Source of the DNA: the human T2T-CHM13v2.0 reference genome, Homo sapiens
Strand: one strand, 5' to 3'
Assembly: GCF_009914755.1 (NCBI RefSeq)
Contig: NC_060928.1
Length of the DNA stretch: 64,000 nucleotides
Shown here: in pieces, positions 26,871 through 38,982 of the stretch
Layout of the letters: every line of letters begins with the position of its first letter
Position numbering within the stretch: position 1 is the first letter of the stretch
Made by a program: the position numbers and the translations under genes
Notes under the pieces: model-generated
Told to the model about the DNA's origin: nothing
The model's database searches: none
The model's input: only the letters and a program-made list of their open reading frames with translations

Positions 26871-27929
26871 GGTACTTTGCAGATGCCTGGGGAACACCTT
26901 CTAGTGTTGTTTTCAGGAATGGTACCATAAATGATGCCAGGGTTGGAGGTGTGTTGGAGCTGGGGTCTCCTGTCAGCTCTGCCGTGGAGCTGGGAACACA
27001 CGCAGCAGGGACCACGGGATGGGGAAAAGCTTCCCTAATCAGTCTGCTTAAAAACAATAACAGCAGCAGCGTGAGCCAGAGGCCTTGAGGACAGCCTGAG
27101 ACAAGAGTTCCCAGAAGGCAGATTCACACAGTCTGGAGGCAGCCTCCTTGGCTCCTCTTCTCTCCAGCCGCCAGGCAGCTCATGCTTCACCCAGGGCTCT
27201 GTGAGCTGCACTCTCCATGGTTTCCAGACAGAAACTGTGGCCAGTGTGAGCTCTAGGAAGGGGCCGAGGCAGGCAGCATGGAAACTGGTGGCTGTGAGCT
27301 GAAAATAAAACAACACTGAGCCAGGGAGTGTCACTTCCTAATTCCTAGCTCAGGATGGATCTGGCAGATAAGTGGGAGGAGTAGGAGATGAGGGCAAAGG
27401 GGTGAGGGACACCGATTGTTATGCCGCAAAGACCCCGCCTCCAAAAGCACCCAAGAGCACCAGGGCCCCTGCACTCACCTCGCAACTGTGAAACCCACTT
27501 CTAACAGCTCACGCCCAGTGGAGGAGGAGAGGGTGGGTGGCAGGGCGGGGCAGCTGCTCTATGCGTGAGATAAGTGCAGTGACATCAGGTTAATAATTCC
27601 CCCCACCCTCAAAGCCTCTGAGAGGGGACTCCGGAGAAGCAAAGGAAGCTGCAGCCGTTCTGTGGGCCGGGCAGGGTGGGTGTGAGGTGCCTGAGAAAAA
27701 TGAGGCTGGAAGGTGGGTGGAGGCCGGACCATGGGGTCTTGAAAGTCCAGCAAAGGATTTCAGGTCTTATTCTGAGGACTATGGGGAAGTGAAGTTTTTG
27801 GGGACCCAGAAAGTGACCAAGACAGGAATCTCTGAGGTACCTCCCTGAGAAGTGGTCAGGGTGGTACAGAAATCACTACAAAAGCTCAGGGCCTACGAGG
27901 CTGGTGAAAGAATAAGATAACCTTTATCC

Positions 27930-28975
27930 CTCCTCATACCTGCTAGAATAGCTAGACTTAAAAGGATGAATGATACCAAGTGCCATCAAGAACACGGGCA
28001 GCAAGAACCGGCACACGCTGCCGCAGGAGGCCCTCTGAAAGAGAATACAGGGGAGAGGAGAGCCATGTCCTGCCTCTGCTTCTAAAAGATGAAAACTCAA
28101 AGCTCTGACTGAGGTCTTTCTGAGAAACTGCCAAACAATTTTTCAAAGCGGTCTTGCCACTTTGGAAAGAGATTGTAAAACCACTGTGGAAAGCTATTTG
28201 ACAGTTTCTGATAAAATTTAACATATATCTACCCTATCTTGCAGCAATCCTGCTGCCAGGTATTTACCAGGAAAAATGAAAGCGTATGTTTCAAAGATCT
28301 ATATGAAAATGTTCATAGGAGCTTTTTTCACAAGGCAAAAAACTGGACACAACCCAAAATTTCCAGCAACAAAAGAATGGATAAACAAAGTGGGCATATT
28401 CATACAATGGAATACTACTTAGCAATAAAAAGGAGCCAACAGCCAGGCGTGGTGGCTCATGCCTGTAATTCTAGCACTTTGGGAGGCCAAGGTGAGCAGA
28501 TCACCTGAGGTCAGGAGTTTAAGACCAGCCTAGCCGACATGGTGAAACTCTGTCTCTACTAAAAGTACAGAAATTAGCTGGGCGTGGTGGCAGAAGCCTG
28601 TATTCCCAGCTACTTAGGAGGCTGAGGCAGGAGAATTGCTTGAACCTGGGAGGCCGAGGTTGCAGTGAGCCAAAATCACATGCCACTGCACTCCAGCCTG
28701 GGTGACAGAGCAAGACACCATCTCTAAATAAATAAATAAAAATAAGGAGCCAACTACAGATGTGCACACATGGATGAGCCTCACAGGTACATGAACAACG
28801 GATACAGTGGGCACTTACTGTATCATGCTCTTCATAGGAAGCCCAAGAACAGGAGAAACCAATCTAGCCTGCTGGAAATCAGAACAGTGACTGAATTAGT
28901 GGGTAGGAGTTGATTGGAAAAGGGTAAGAAAGGCTACACTGGGATAATGAGATTCTTCCATGTTTTATTTGGGAG
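27930..28975 (+). mobile_element. L1M 3' region interrupted by an Alu
   Basis: accactgtggaaagctatttgacagtttct, aatgttcatagga, acaatggaatactacttagcaataaaaagga. Confidence 0.85.
28441..28743 (+). mobile_element. Alu (S family) with (TAAA)n tail
   Basis: Full dimer; perfect TSD aaggagccaac at 28430-28440 and 28744-28754. Confidence 0.97.
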
Positions 28976-29456
28976 ATGCCAAGAATAGTGTTTGTAGGAA
29001 TATACTCTGGGAAACTGCTCAGGTTTTTTCTTATGTTCCGGTCTAGGTTCATCAAACGTACCCATTAGAAAGAGAAGAGGATGCTGTTTCCAAACGGCAG
29101 CCTGGGCCTTGTGTCATGGATGCTGGCACCCAGGTCAGTGAACTTCTCTAAGCCTCAGTTTCCACATCTGGACAGACAGAATAGGCAGTCCACTCAGGGT
29201 CTAGCACAGGAGGTGATGCATTACAATAAGAACTTTTCTCAATAAAGAAAAGTTAGCTAAAACATTAAGCCAGATTAGCTGTAGTCCCTTGGAGTTATTC
29301 ACTTCAGCCATATCCTCATCAGCTTTGCATTTGTTCCCTTTAGAGGGGAGTGAGAGATGGCTCACCCTTCTGTTCCTCCTCTGCCAGGAAAGGCCCTAGC
29401 CACTTCTCACTCCCTTCCAAAAGAGCCAAATGAGCAACCTAAGAGAGAGAATGTGG

Positions 29457-29768
29457 GGCTGGGCACAGTGGCTCACGTCTGTAATCTCACCATCTTGGGA
29501 GGCCAAGGTGGGAGGATCACTTAAGGCCAAGTGTTTAAGACCAGCCTGGACAACATAGTGAGACCTTGACTTTACAAAAATAAAAAAATTAACTGAGTGT
29601 GGTGGCATGCACCTGTAGTCCCAGCTTCTTGGGAGGCTGAAGCAGAAGGATTGCTTGAGCCCAGGAGTTTGAGGCAGTAGTCAGTTACGATCATACCACT
29701 GCATTCCAGTCTGGGCAACAGAGCAAGACTCTTTCTCTAAAACAATTTAAAAAAAATAAAAATAAAAA
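29457..29768 (+). mobile_element. AluJ
   Basis: Full dimer; TSD-like gagaatgtg on both sides. Confidence 0.95.
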
Positions 29769-29799
29769 GAGAGAGAAAGAGAATGTGAAAGACAAACAA

Positions 29800-29965
29800 C
29801 ACGAAGGCTCTATGCGTACAGGAGCTTTTACGCGCTTCATCTCATTTCATCCTCAAAACAGACCTCTGTGGTTTCAGGATAAACACTAACCCCGTCCTAC
29901 AGATGGTTGAATTACCCAGCTCAAGCGTCATAACCCAGATATGAACCCTGTTCTCCTGGCTCCTA
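29800..29965 (-). mobile_element. MIR
   Basis: atctcatttcatcctcaaaaca...ctacagatg. Confidence 0.55.
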
Positions 29966-30029
29966 CCAGGTGAGGGTTAAAACTGCAGTGGGAGTGGTAC
30001 ATCTCAGTTCCTAAAAAACTTGAGTTGCA

Positions 30030-30182
30030 GAGGAAATGGGGTTATTTGCATGCAAACAAACAGTGATTAATTAAGAGAGGCAACTATATAAGGTACTTTC
30101 CCTGGGCAGGTTCGAATTGCAGAAGGAGGGACTGCTGGTTGTATACAGTTCACCTTGGTGCAAGACGGTGATCCGGGTGAGT
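30030..30182 (+). promoter_or_regulatory. Candidate core promoter / first exon: octamer, TATA-like box, 5' splice site
   Basis: ATTTGCAT 30044-30051; TATATAAG 30085-30092; CGG|GTGAGT donor at 30176/30177. Motif evidence only. Confidence 0.35.
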
Positions 30183-30220
30183 ATGTGCCCAATCCTCGCG
30201 AGTATGTGCCCAATCCTCGC
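30179..30220. repeat. Perfect tandem duplication, 2 x 21 bp (gagtatgtgcccaatcctcgc)
   Basis: Identical copies at 30179-30199 and 30200-30220. Confidence 0.98.
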
Positions 30221-30994
30221 TGACAGCAGCTGGCCAAGCTCTATGTTGGTGAGGACTACTTCTCTCTCACCCCCGTTCCCAGGGAAATCATTAGGTGCCA
30301 GGCTGGCACGTTCTAGAAGATGCATTAACTTGGAGTTTTCTGGAGGAGCAAACGCAGAGGATTCTGAGGAGAGGACTTGTCAGAATCCATTCTGTCTCCA
30401 GACAACCAGGTTAGTCAGCATTTTCCTCTTGGGCCTGGGGCCCTGTGCGGCACAAAATCCAAATGGGCCGGAAGTTCGCGAATATTCACATTCTTGCCTT
30501 CCTTCCCATAACTCAATTTTGGAGGTTTATTTTGTTTGTCAGAGTGGTTTTTTCTTTTTCTTTTTTCTTTTTTTATTTTATTTTAATTGCTCACTTGGGG
30601 ACTGAGGTCTGACAAAAGATCAGAACTTTATGATTATGCCGAGTTTAGAAGTCAGGCTAAACCCAAGGACTGAAAGTGTGCTTTAGAGGAAAATGGGTGC
30701 ATCCTACTAATAGAAAACTGCGTAGAGCGCTTGGAAGAGGTGATACTGAAAATACTTCATAACCCAGGAGGTCCAGGCCCTGGCCAGTCTTAATAAAGGC
30801 GCGGGGCCTTGGAGAGTTCAGCCGCAGCAAACATTTGGGGGAGATGAAGGAAAGTGGGAAGGCCCAGGGCTGCTGGGGAGCCTCCTGGGAACTCAAGACA
30901 ACAGCTATCCACCAACTGCTACCAAAGTATTTCATTTTCAGCAAGCAGTTTCCCTTCACTTGTGCAAACATCTGAATACGAGCCCCGCAGCTAG

Positions 30995-31065
30995 CATTAC
31001 ATTTTAAGATGGAGAAACTAAAGCTAAGGGAGATTAAAAGATCCAGCTAAGGTCATGCAATAATA
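30995..31065 (-). mobile_element. MIR core fragment
   Basis: attttaagatggagaaactaaagctaagggagattaa...aaggtcatgc. Confidence 0.6.
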
Positions 31066-31242
31066 CCCCAGCTCAGGCTATGACCCTTCTCTTTAGATCC
31101 TCAGCCTAGTACCAGGAAAAGCATCTCTCTAACATTTTGTAGTTAGCCTGCCTACCCATAGGCTTTGTCAATACCATAATATTTTGAGTTATTTATAATT
31201 AGATAGAAAACAGGCTAAGAGCCAAGGAAGTGTTATCTATAT

Positions 31243-31400
31243 GAAGCGTTGGCAAATGTTTTCTGTAAAAGGATTTTTGTAAATATTTTTGGGTTTGTGG
31301 GCCATGCAGTCTCTATCACTCTGTCTTTGTAGTAGCAACAATACAAATAAATAAGTAAATGGGTGTGGCTATATTCTAATAAAATTTTGTTTATGGGCTC
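31243..31400 (+). mobile_element. MER58B-like hAT-Charlie, 5' part
   Basis: ttggcaaatgttttctgtaaaagg...gggtgtggctatattctaataaaattttgtttatgg; continues at 33786. Confidence 0.85.
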
Positions 31401-33785
31401 TGCGTTAAGCTGTTCTTGCATTGCCATAAAGAAATACCTGAGACTGGGTAATTTATTTAAAAAAGAGTTTTAATTGGTTTGTGGTTCTGCAAGCTGTACA
31501 GGAAGCATAGCAGCTTCTGCTTCTGGGGAGGCCTCAGGAAACTTACAATTGTGGTGGAAGGCAAAAGAGGAACAGGCATGTCACATGGTGGGAGCAGGAG
31601 CAAGAAAGAGAGTGGGGAGAGAGGGGCCACACACTTAAACGACCAAACTTTACAAGAACTCACTGACTATCACGAGGTCAGCACCAAGCTATGTTGCCCC
31701 CATGATCAAACACCTCCCAACAGACCCCACCTCCAACATCAGGGGGTTACAATTCAACATGAGATTTGGGCAGTGACAAATATTCAAACTATATCATTCA
31801 GCCCCTGGCCCCCACCAAATCTCATGTTCTTCTCACATTGCAAGATGCAGTCATGCCTTCCTAATAGTCCCCCCAAATCTCAACTTATTCCAGCATTAAC
31901 TCAAAAGTTCAAAGTCTCATCTGAGACTAATCTCCTTCCACCTATGAGCCTATAAAATGAAAACAAGTTATTTACTTCCAAGATACAATGGGGGTACAGG
32001 CATTGGGTAAACACTGGGAGAAACAAAGGGAGTAAGTAGTTCTTTACCCAAATGTTTACATTGGGGTAAACAAAGGGAGAAATTGGACAAAAGAAAGGGG
32101 ATACAGGCCCCACGCAAGTCTAGAACCCAGCAGGGGAGTCATTAAATCTCAAAACTCCAAAATAGTCATTTGATTTCATTTCCTGCATCCAGGGCACGCT
32201 GGTGCAAGGCGTGGGCACCCAAGGCCTTGGGAAGCTCCACCCCTATGGCTTTTCAATGCTGATATTGCAAGTTGCTGATGGCTCTACCACTCTGAGGTCT
32301 GGAGGGCAGCAGCTCCCTTCCCACAGCTCCACAAGGCAGTGCTTCAGTGGGAACTCTGTGTGGGAGCTCCAAACTCACATTTCCCCTCCATGCTGCCCTT
32401 GTAGAGGGCATCTTTGGGAGCTCCACCCCTTCAGCAGGCTTCTGCCTGGGCACCCAAGCTTTTCCATACATCCTCTGAAATCTAGGTGGAGGTTGCCAAA
32501 CATTCTTCACTCTTGCAGTCTGTGTGCCTGCAGGCTTAACATCATATGGAAACCACCAAGGTTTATGGCTTGCATTCTCCAAAGTGGCAGCCTGAGCTGT
32601 ATGTGGGCCCCTTTGAGCCATCGCTGGAGCTGGAGTGGCTAGGATGTGGGAACCAGTGTCCCGAGGCAGTACAAAGCAACAGGGCCCTGGGCCAGGCCCA
32701 CAAAAACATTCTTTCCCCCTTGGACTCTGGGCCTGTGATGGGATGGGCTGCCACAAAGATCTCTGAAATGCTTTAAAGATCTTCAAGGTCTTGGCTGTTA
32801 GCACTTGGCTCCCTTTTAGTTACACAAATTTCTCTAGCAAGTGGTTGCTCCACAACCTGCTTGAACTCCTGCCCTGAAAATGCTTTTTCTTTCTCTGCTA
32901 CATGGCCAGGATGCAAATTTTCCAAGCTTTTACTCTCTGCTTTCTTTTTAAATATGAATTCCAAATTCAAGTCATTTCTTTGTTCCCGCATCTTAGCATA
33001 GGTTGTTAGAAGCAGCCAGGTCACATATTGAATGCTTTCTGCTTAGAAAATTCTCCCACTGTATACCCTAAATCATCATTCTGAAGTTCAAACTTCCACA
33101 GATCCCCAGGGCAGAGGCGCAACGCAACCAGGTTCTTTGCTAAGGCATAACACATGTGACCTTTGCTTCAATTCCCAATAACTGCCTCATTTCCGTCTGA
33201 AACCTCATCAGCCTGGACTTCATTGTCCATATCACTATCAACATTTTGGTTAGAACCATTTAACTAGTCTCTAAAAAGTTGCAAACTTTCCCTCATCTTC
33301 CTGTCTTCTTCTGAGCCCTCCAAACTCTTCTAACCTCTGCCTGTTAGCCAGTTCCAAAGTCATTTCCACATTTTGGAAATGCTGCACTCCTGGCACTAAT
33401 TTTCTGTATTCGGCTGTTCTTGCATTGCTATAAGAAATATCTGAGACTGGGTAACTTATTTAAAAAAAAACAGGTTTAATTGGCTCATGGTTCTGTTAGC
33501 TGTGCAGGAAGCATAGCAGAACCCTCAGGAAACTGAAAATGGTGGAAAGCAAAGGGAAAACAGGCACATCACGTGGCAGGATCAAGAGAGTTGGGGCGGG
33601 GGAGGTGCCATACATGCACACAGCTAGATCTTACAAGAACTCACTCACTATTGCAAGGAAAGCAGCAAGCCATGAGGGATCCACTCCCATGACACCTAAA
33701 CACCTCCCACCAGGCTCCACCTTTTACACTGGGGACAACAGTTCAACATGAGATTTGGGTGGGGACAAATATCCAAACTATATCA
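31401..33785 (-). mobile_element. Full-length MaLR provirus, MST family (LTR 31401-31796, internal 31797-33404, LTR 33405-33785)
   Basis: Two similar LTRs, each ending caaactatatca on +, flank a THE1/MST-type internal region; 5-bp TSD ggctc/ggcac. Confidence 0.93.
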
Positions 33786-33958
33786 GGCACTAAAATTTGA
33801 ATTTCATGTAATATATTCACATGTCAAAAAATAGTATTATTCTTTATTTTCCCTCCACTTTACCATTAAAAAATGTGAAAAACGTTATTAGCTGCAGGTC
33901 ATATAAAAACAAGTGGTGGGCAGGATTTGGGTCCTGGGCTATACTTTTCCAATCCCTG
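33786..33958 (+). mobile_element. MER58B-like hAT-Charlie, 3' part
   Basis: cactaaaatttgaatttcatgtaat...gggcaggatttggg...tccctg. Confidence 0.85.
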
Positions 33959-34334
33959 GACTGGATGGTTCAGGCCTGTTAAGATTCACCATTTCTCCAG
34001 CATAGTGTTTATATAAAATGGAAACTAATGGGTGGTGTGGATTGTTTAACTCACCCACCTGCATGGGTAAGCCTGTAGGAATCCCTGAATTCCAGAAATC
34101 TGGAGGCTGCAGGTGCATGGTGGGGAGCCTGCCCAGGGTTTTGTGTGTGTGCAGAATTACCCTGTGGAACCAGGCACAGGCTCCCCATGCCAAGAACATC
34201 CTTCCTAAAGCCCAGCCACAGGCCCTCGCCTGATAATTATCCTGTTCTGGTTCTCTCTATACTTATTTGAGAAGACGCCTGTTAAGAGCCAGTATTTAGA
34301 CTTCTTAATCTTCATCATGTTATTTAACATAACA

Positions 34335-34518
34335 AAATAGTTGTATGCATGGGGCCTAGACTGCCAGAGTTTGAATCCCAGATATCACTGTGCTTTCCTT
34401 GAATAAGTTGATTATCTTCTCTGTGCCATATTTCTTCAACCATGCTGTGGTGAGAATTAGCTGAGTCAATACATAGAAAGGAGCTTTAATGTGCCTAGTA
34501 AAAGTTTGGCATTATTAT
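34335..34518 (+). mobile_element. MIR
   Basis: agactgccagagtttgaatccca...gtgagaattagctgagtcaatacat. Confidence 0.65.
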
Positions 34519-34664
34519 GCCTGTTCTGCTTCCCTCCTCTTTCTCACCTGAATCCATCCATCCAACATTTATAAAGTGCCAGGCTCTGTGTGGGAAAGGA
34601 AATGTAAAACCAGGGGAGACTTGGCGCTGGTCCTGGAGTCCTTCAGTCTATTCAAGATTTGAGC

Positions 34665-35192
34665 TGTTTCAGTTAGCTATTGCTACCATCTCAAAACTTA
34701 GTGACTGAAAATAGCAGCAAACATTTATTTGCCTACAGTTCAGCAATTACAGCAGAGTTCAGTGCAGATGGCTCGTCTCTGCTCCACATAGTGTTGGTGA
34801 GGGTGGTTCTACCAGAGCTGGAGGATCCAAGATAGCCTTGCTCACAAGTCTGGTACCTCTGCAGGGTGGCTGGAGCACCCAGGAGCTGGCTGAGTCAAAT
34901 TCTCTCCCCTCAGCATCTCTCTCTCCATGTGGTTTCTCTCTCTAGCAGGACAGCTGGATTTGTGTACATGGCAGTTGGCTCCCATGAGGGTGAAAACAGA
35001 AGCATGTGTTTCTAGGAAACACACGCCAAGGCCCAGAGTCATACAGTGTCACCTGCACCACGTGCTATGGCCAAGGCAAGTTATAAGCCAGCCCAGATGT
35101 AAGAGGAGGCCAAGTCATCTCCACATCTTGGTGGGAAGAGCATGCAGGAGAGCAGGAGGAACTGTGGGTGCTGTCTTTGCAGCTCTTTAGCC
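34665..35192 (-). mobile_element. Old MLT1 LTR (MLT1H-K-like)
   Basis: cagttagctattgct...caaaacttagtgactgaaa...gctggaggatccaagat...ggccaaggcaagtta. Confidence 0.75.
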
Positions 35193-35419
35193 ACGAAGCT
35201 GGGGACAGAAAAACAAGGGAGTGAGCACCTTGTCTGGCTGCTTAACCCTTTACCACAAGAGCCTACAACAATGTTTCTGAAGTCACTCAAAAAATATTTA
35301 TCTGCTAGTTTTGAAGAGTTATCTTAATTTTGAAATGAATTGTCTTTTCAATGCTTTGTTCATTTTACTGAAAAAATATTGAAATAATGCTAATGAAAAA
35401 TTACAGTTTCCATTCACTT

Positions 35420-36330
35420 ACTCCACCCTAACTCAGAAACTTTGGCATGCCACTTTCTATTTGTATACATTCCATTTTTATGATGATAAAAGTTGTATAA
35501 CATGATGGAAGATTTGAGAAGTAGACAAGCCTTTTACAGTCTGTTCCTATATAATTCTGTATTCAGCAATTTTTACTTATTACAATAGCAAACATTTTTT
35601 CCACCTCCCTACATGGTCTTCATAATTACCTTTTAAAAAATAGCTGCCATAATGTTCCATTGTGTTGATTCACCTCAATCCATTAAGTCCTTCCCCTTAT
35701 GGTCATCTAGGCTGTCTCTGCTGTGAAACATTTTTCCATGTTTCAAGAGAACCTTCCTGATTATGTCTTTTGAAATGGCTGAATGATAGTTCATCATGTT
35801 TATCTTCCCTAATCTGTTAAAACATATGTCCCTCATGTTGGCCATCTTGGCTGTGTGCACAGACTAGGCCAGAATTGAGGCTGCTCACAGAGACACATGC
35901 TGAGATCAGGACAGGCTAAATCTGTGACTCAGGCAGAAGCAATGGGCAAGTCCAGGGGAATCAGGGCACCAAGGCACTGGGTCACAGAATAGCTTGACCA
36001 GCCCTTCTGAACTGCCTTTCCTCCTGTTTATCAATCAGTCTCACATGCCCAAGCTTTTGTCCTAGGATGTCTCAAAATGCCTCTTGCCTCTTCTCAGCTT
36101 CTTATTGTGATTTTTTTCAATGTTACAATAAACATATGGTGTCATAGGATTTTTTTATTTCTTTTGAATTATTTTATTAAGATAAAATTCCAGGGGTGAA
36201 TTACTAGGTCAAAGGGTATGCATATCTTTGTGGCTTCTGCTATGAATTGCAAAATTGCTCTCCGAAACCGGGGTTGTTGTTGGATGTTACCGTTGAAAAT
36301 CAGTCTGGATGCAAATGGGCATCTCCAAGT
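35420..36330 (-). mobile_element. Degenerate L1M fragments
   Basis: tgccataatgttccattgtg, gataaaattccaggggtgaattactaggtcaaagggtatgcat. Confidence 0.55.
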
Positions 36331-36574
36331 GTGCAGCTTTGGTTCTCTCATGTTCTCACTGTTGTCTTTGAGAGCTCACTTTTCTACCTGCTCCCTTACA
36401 TTCAGGTCTCCAAGGAAAAGAGAGGCATCTTATCAATTTTAACATCCCCAATTCTACCACAGTGCCCATTTCTGCAGAGTAGAATGGAAATATTTAATAA
36501 ATCAATGAATGATTATCTGCAATGAAAATTATTTTCTCAGGCTTAGGTTCAACTTCCATTTCCCTAGGCCTTGT

Positions 36575-36718
36575 TCATACTCCTGGGCCTCAGTTTACTC
36601 AACTATAAAATGGGGAGGACATCTGCCTTGCAGGATTTGTGTAGCGATTTGAGATGGTGTTTTTGAAGAGTCTACCATGGAATCTGACACAATGAAAAGC
36701 AACTATTTTTATTATGAT
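36575..36718 (+). mobile_element. MIR
   Basis: ctgggcctcagtttactcaactataaaatgggg. Confidence 0.7.
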
Positions 36719-37089
36719 GTCCTGTGCTCATTCACTGAATTTCCCATTGTGACAACCACTCATATACTTCTGTCTCTATGTTAGGATCTAGCTGTTTTGC
36801 TCACAAACTTGAATGCATTCTTCATATACTCCAGTTTTATAGTCTTGTCACATATTCTTCAAATATTTTCATCATTTTTCTTATAGAAGTTTATAATTTT
36901 ATGTCTACATTTGTACCTTTTTTCTTAGAGATTTCTTTTATTTTTTGTTATATTCTCACAAATCTGATATATGTTCCATTGTCTACCAGTTTTTCTGTGA
37001 TTTATTTTTTTTTATTTGAAAAATTTAACCCACCAGTCTATAGTAGAAGATGTACCTCTAAGTTAGTATTTCCCCAGGCTGGCATACTA

Positions 37090-37556
37090 CCAGATTAGTT
37101 TACTTGAGCTGTTGAAGCACAGTACCAAAAGTTGGGTGGCTTAAAACGACAGAAATGTATTCTCTCACAATTCTGGAAGTCAGAAGTCTGAAATCCAGGT
37201 GCTGGCAGGGCTTGCTCCCACTGAAGGCTCTGGGGAAGATATGTTTCCTGTTTCTTCCAGCTTCTAGTGGCCCCAGGTGTTCCCTGGCTTGTGGCTGTAT
37301 CATTCTAATCTCTACCTCCGTGCCACGTTACCTCCTTTTCTTTTCTGTTTGTTTCTCAAAACTCCCTTTGTTTCTGTCTTATTGGGACACTTGTGAGGGC
37401 ATTTAGGACCTACTTGCATAATCCAGGGTAATCTCATCTCAAAATCCCTAATTTAACCACATCTGCACAGACCCCCTTTTCAAATAAGATAACATTGACC
37501 AGTTTTAGGGATAAGGACTTGACATCTTTGAGTGGTCACTATTAAATCTACTACAA
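37090..37556 (-). mobile_element. MLT1C-like solo LTR
   Basis: gtaccaaaagttgggtggcttaaaacgacagaaatgtattctctcacaattctgga...ataatccagggtaatctcatctcaaaatcc. Confidence 0.87.
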
Positions 37557-37778
37557 GCACTTAAAAAAAACCCAACTCATTCTCTGTTCTTCGGGGGAAA
37601 GAACAGCATGTGTCCAAATGAGGTTAATACAGGGAGATGAACTCAGGAAGGTTGAAGGTGGGCTCTGTAGGGTGGGGGAGCAGCCCACCTCTGAGTTCTG
37701 ATTTAGATCCTCAGTCCCACCTGTGGGGAAGGGGCCTATTTTAAATTCTATCCCATCAGTGCTGTCAACGGAAGCTCA

Positions 37779-37905
37779 TGCTCTTGGGGTCTGGTGTGGA
37801 GACATCTTTTAGACTCTGGTGACTAGTTAGCTACCAATATCTTAGTGACAGAGTGCCCCGCTAGAAGATTATATCTCTCTGCCTTCCTTGCCTCTTGTTG
37901 TGGCC
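37779..37905 (+). repeat. Local non-tandem duplication, copy 1 (paralog at 38983-39116)
   Basis: Collinear from tgctcttggggtctgg to gccttccttgcctcttgttg. Confidence 0.95.
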
Positions 37906-38290
37906 ATGAGACTAAGTTCTGGTTAAAGATATGTAAATGAAAATTCACTGGATGGAATTTTCAGGGAAATTCCCTCAAAGGAAGACACATAACTGGGCAG
38001 TGACCTCGTTTCTCCTTACCGTTTGTCTTCTTTCTGCCCGAAATACAGATGTGATGGCTGGAGCTCTAGCAGTTATATTGAGCCATGATGTGAATGTAAA
38101 GCTTGAAGCCAGGTACTAGAAAGAGTGAAACAGAAGGCTAGACAGAGCTAGGACCCTGATGAGCTGCTGTACTAGTTCAGGGCTGCTTACTTATATATTT
38201 ATTTTATGTGAGAGAAATAAGCCTCTAACTTAGTTAAGCCGCTTTGGTTAGTTGTTGTTAATAACAATACATCTCAGTGTCTAATTGGGA
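37830..38290 (+). mobile_element. Old MLT1 LTR (MLT1J-like)
   Basis: gtggccatgagactaagttctgg, gatgtgatggctggagctctagcag, atgtgagagaaataagcctct. Confidence 0.7.
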
Positions 38291-38339
38291 TAATTTCAAA
38301 ACTTTATTCCCTATCTTTCTTTATTGACGTTTGGCATGA

Positions 38340-38738
38340 GTTTTCTTTACCTATGGCTTTCAGTTCAAATGTCACTTCTTCAGCGCTACCTTCTTTTACC
38401 AACCACCGTATCTAAAGTTGCCACGCACGTTATTACATGCTCTGTCATGCTGTCCTGGCTGATGTTCTTTATTGTGTCTTTCATACCAGCAAACACCAGC
38501 AATTAATCCCTCCCTCCCTCCCTCCCTTCCTCCTTCCTTCCCATCTTCTTCCTTCCTTCCTTCCTTCCTTTTCTCTCCTTCCTTCTTTCCTTCCCTCTCC
38601 TTCTTTGTTCTCTGTTTTCCTTGCTGTAGACTGTAAGTTCTATGAAGGCAGGGACCCTGCCTGGTTTGCACCATGCCCGTTCCTGGGAGAGAGCTTTGCA
38701 CGTGGCAGGTGCTGGATAAGTATGTGTGAATGGATGAG
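38340..38738 (+). mobile_element. L2 3' end with internal (CCTT)n tract at ~38507-38600
   Basis: cagttcaaatgtcacttcttcag...tagactgtaagttctatgaaggcagggacc...gaatggatga. Confidence 0.75.
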
Positions 38739-38982
38739 CCTGTGTGAGAACCAAAATGGGACACTGGGAGTAGGTGGTGCTGTTGAAAAATTTCCTTAGG
38801 GGAAATCCAAGAAGCCCGAGTGGAAAACCTGTCAGTGCAAGTGGTTAAGAGTCCAGGGTACTAAGGAGGAGGATGATGTAGACTTTCCTTAATCCTTCTC
38901 CTCCAGAGCGTAGAGCACAGCCACTCAGGGCCCCATTGCCTAAGCACAACATGAATTCACACTCATTGCTTGCACCCACTAT

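Noticed and set aside
30117-30605. 162-aa ORF after the TATA-like box
   Set aside because: Starts at TTG, has no Ig leader or known domain, and runs through the splice donor into T-rich sequence.
32202-32804. ORFs in the MST internal region (also 49505-50023)
   Set aside because: Fragments of the decayed MaLR internal sequence, similar between the two proviruses; not a host gene, and no RT or integrase motifs.
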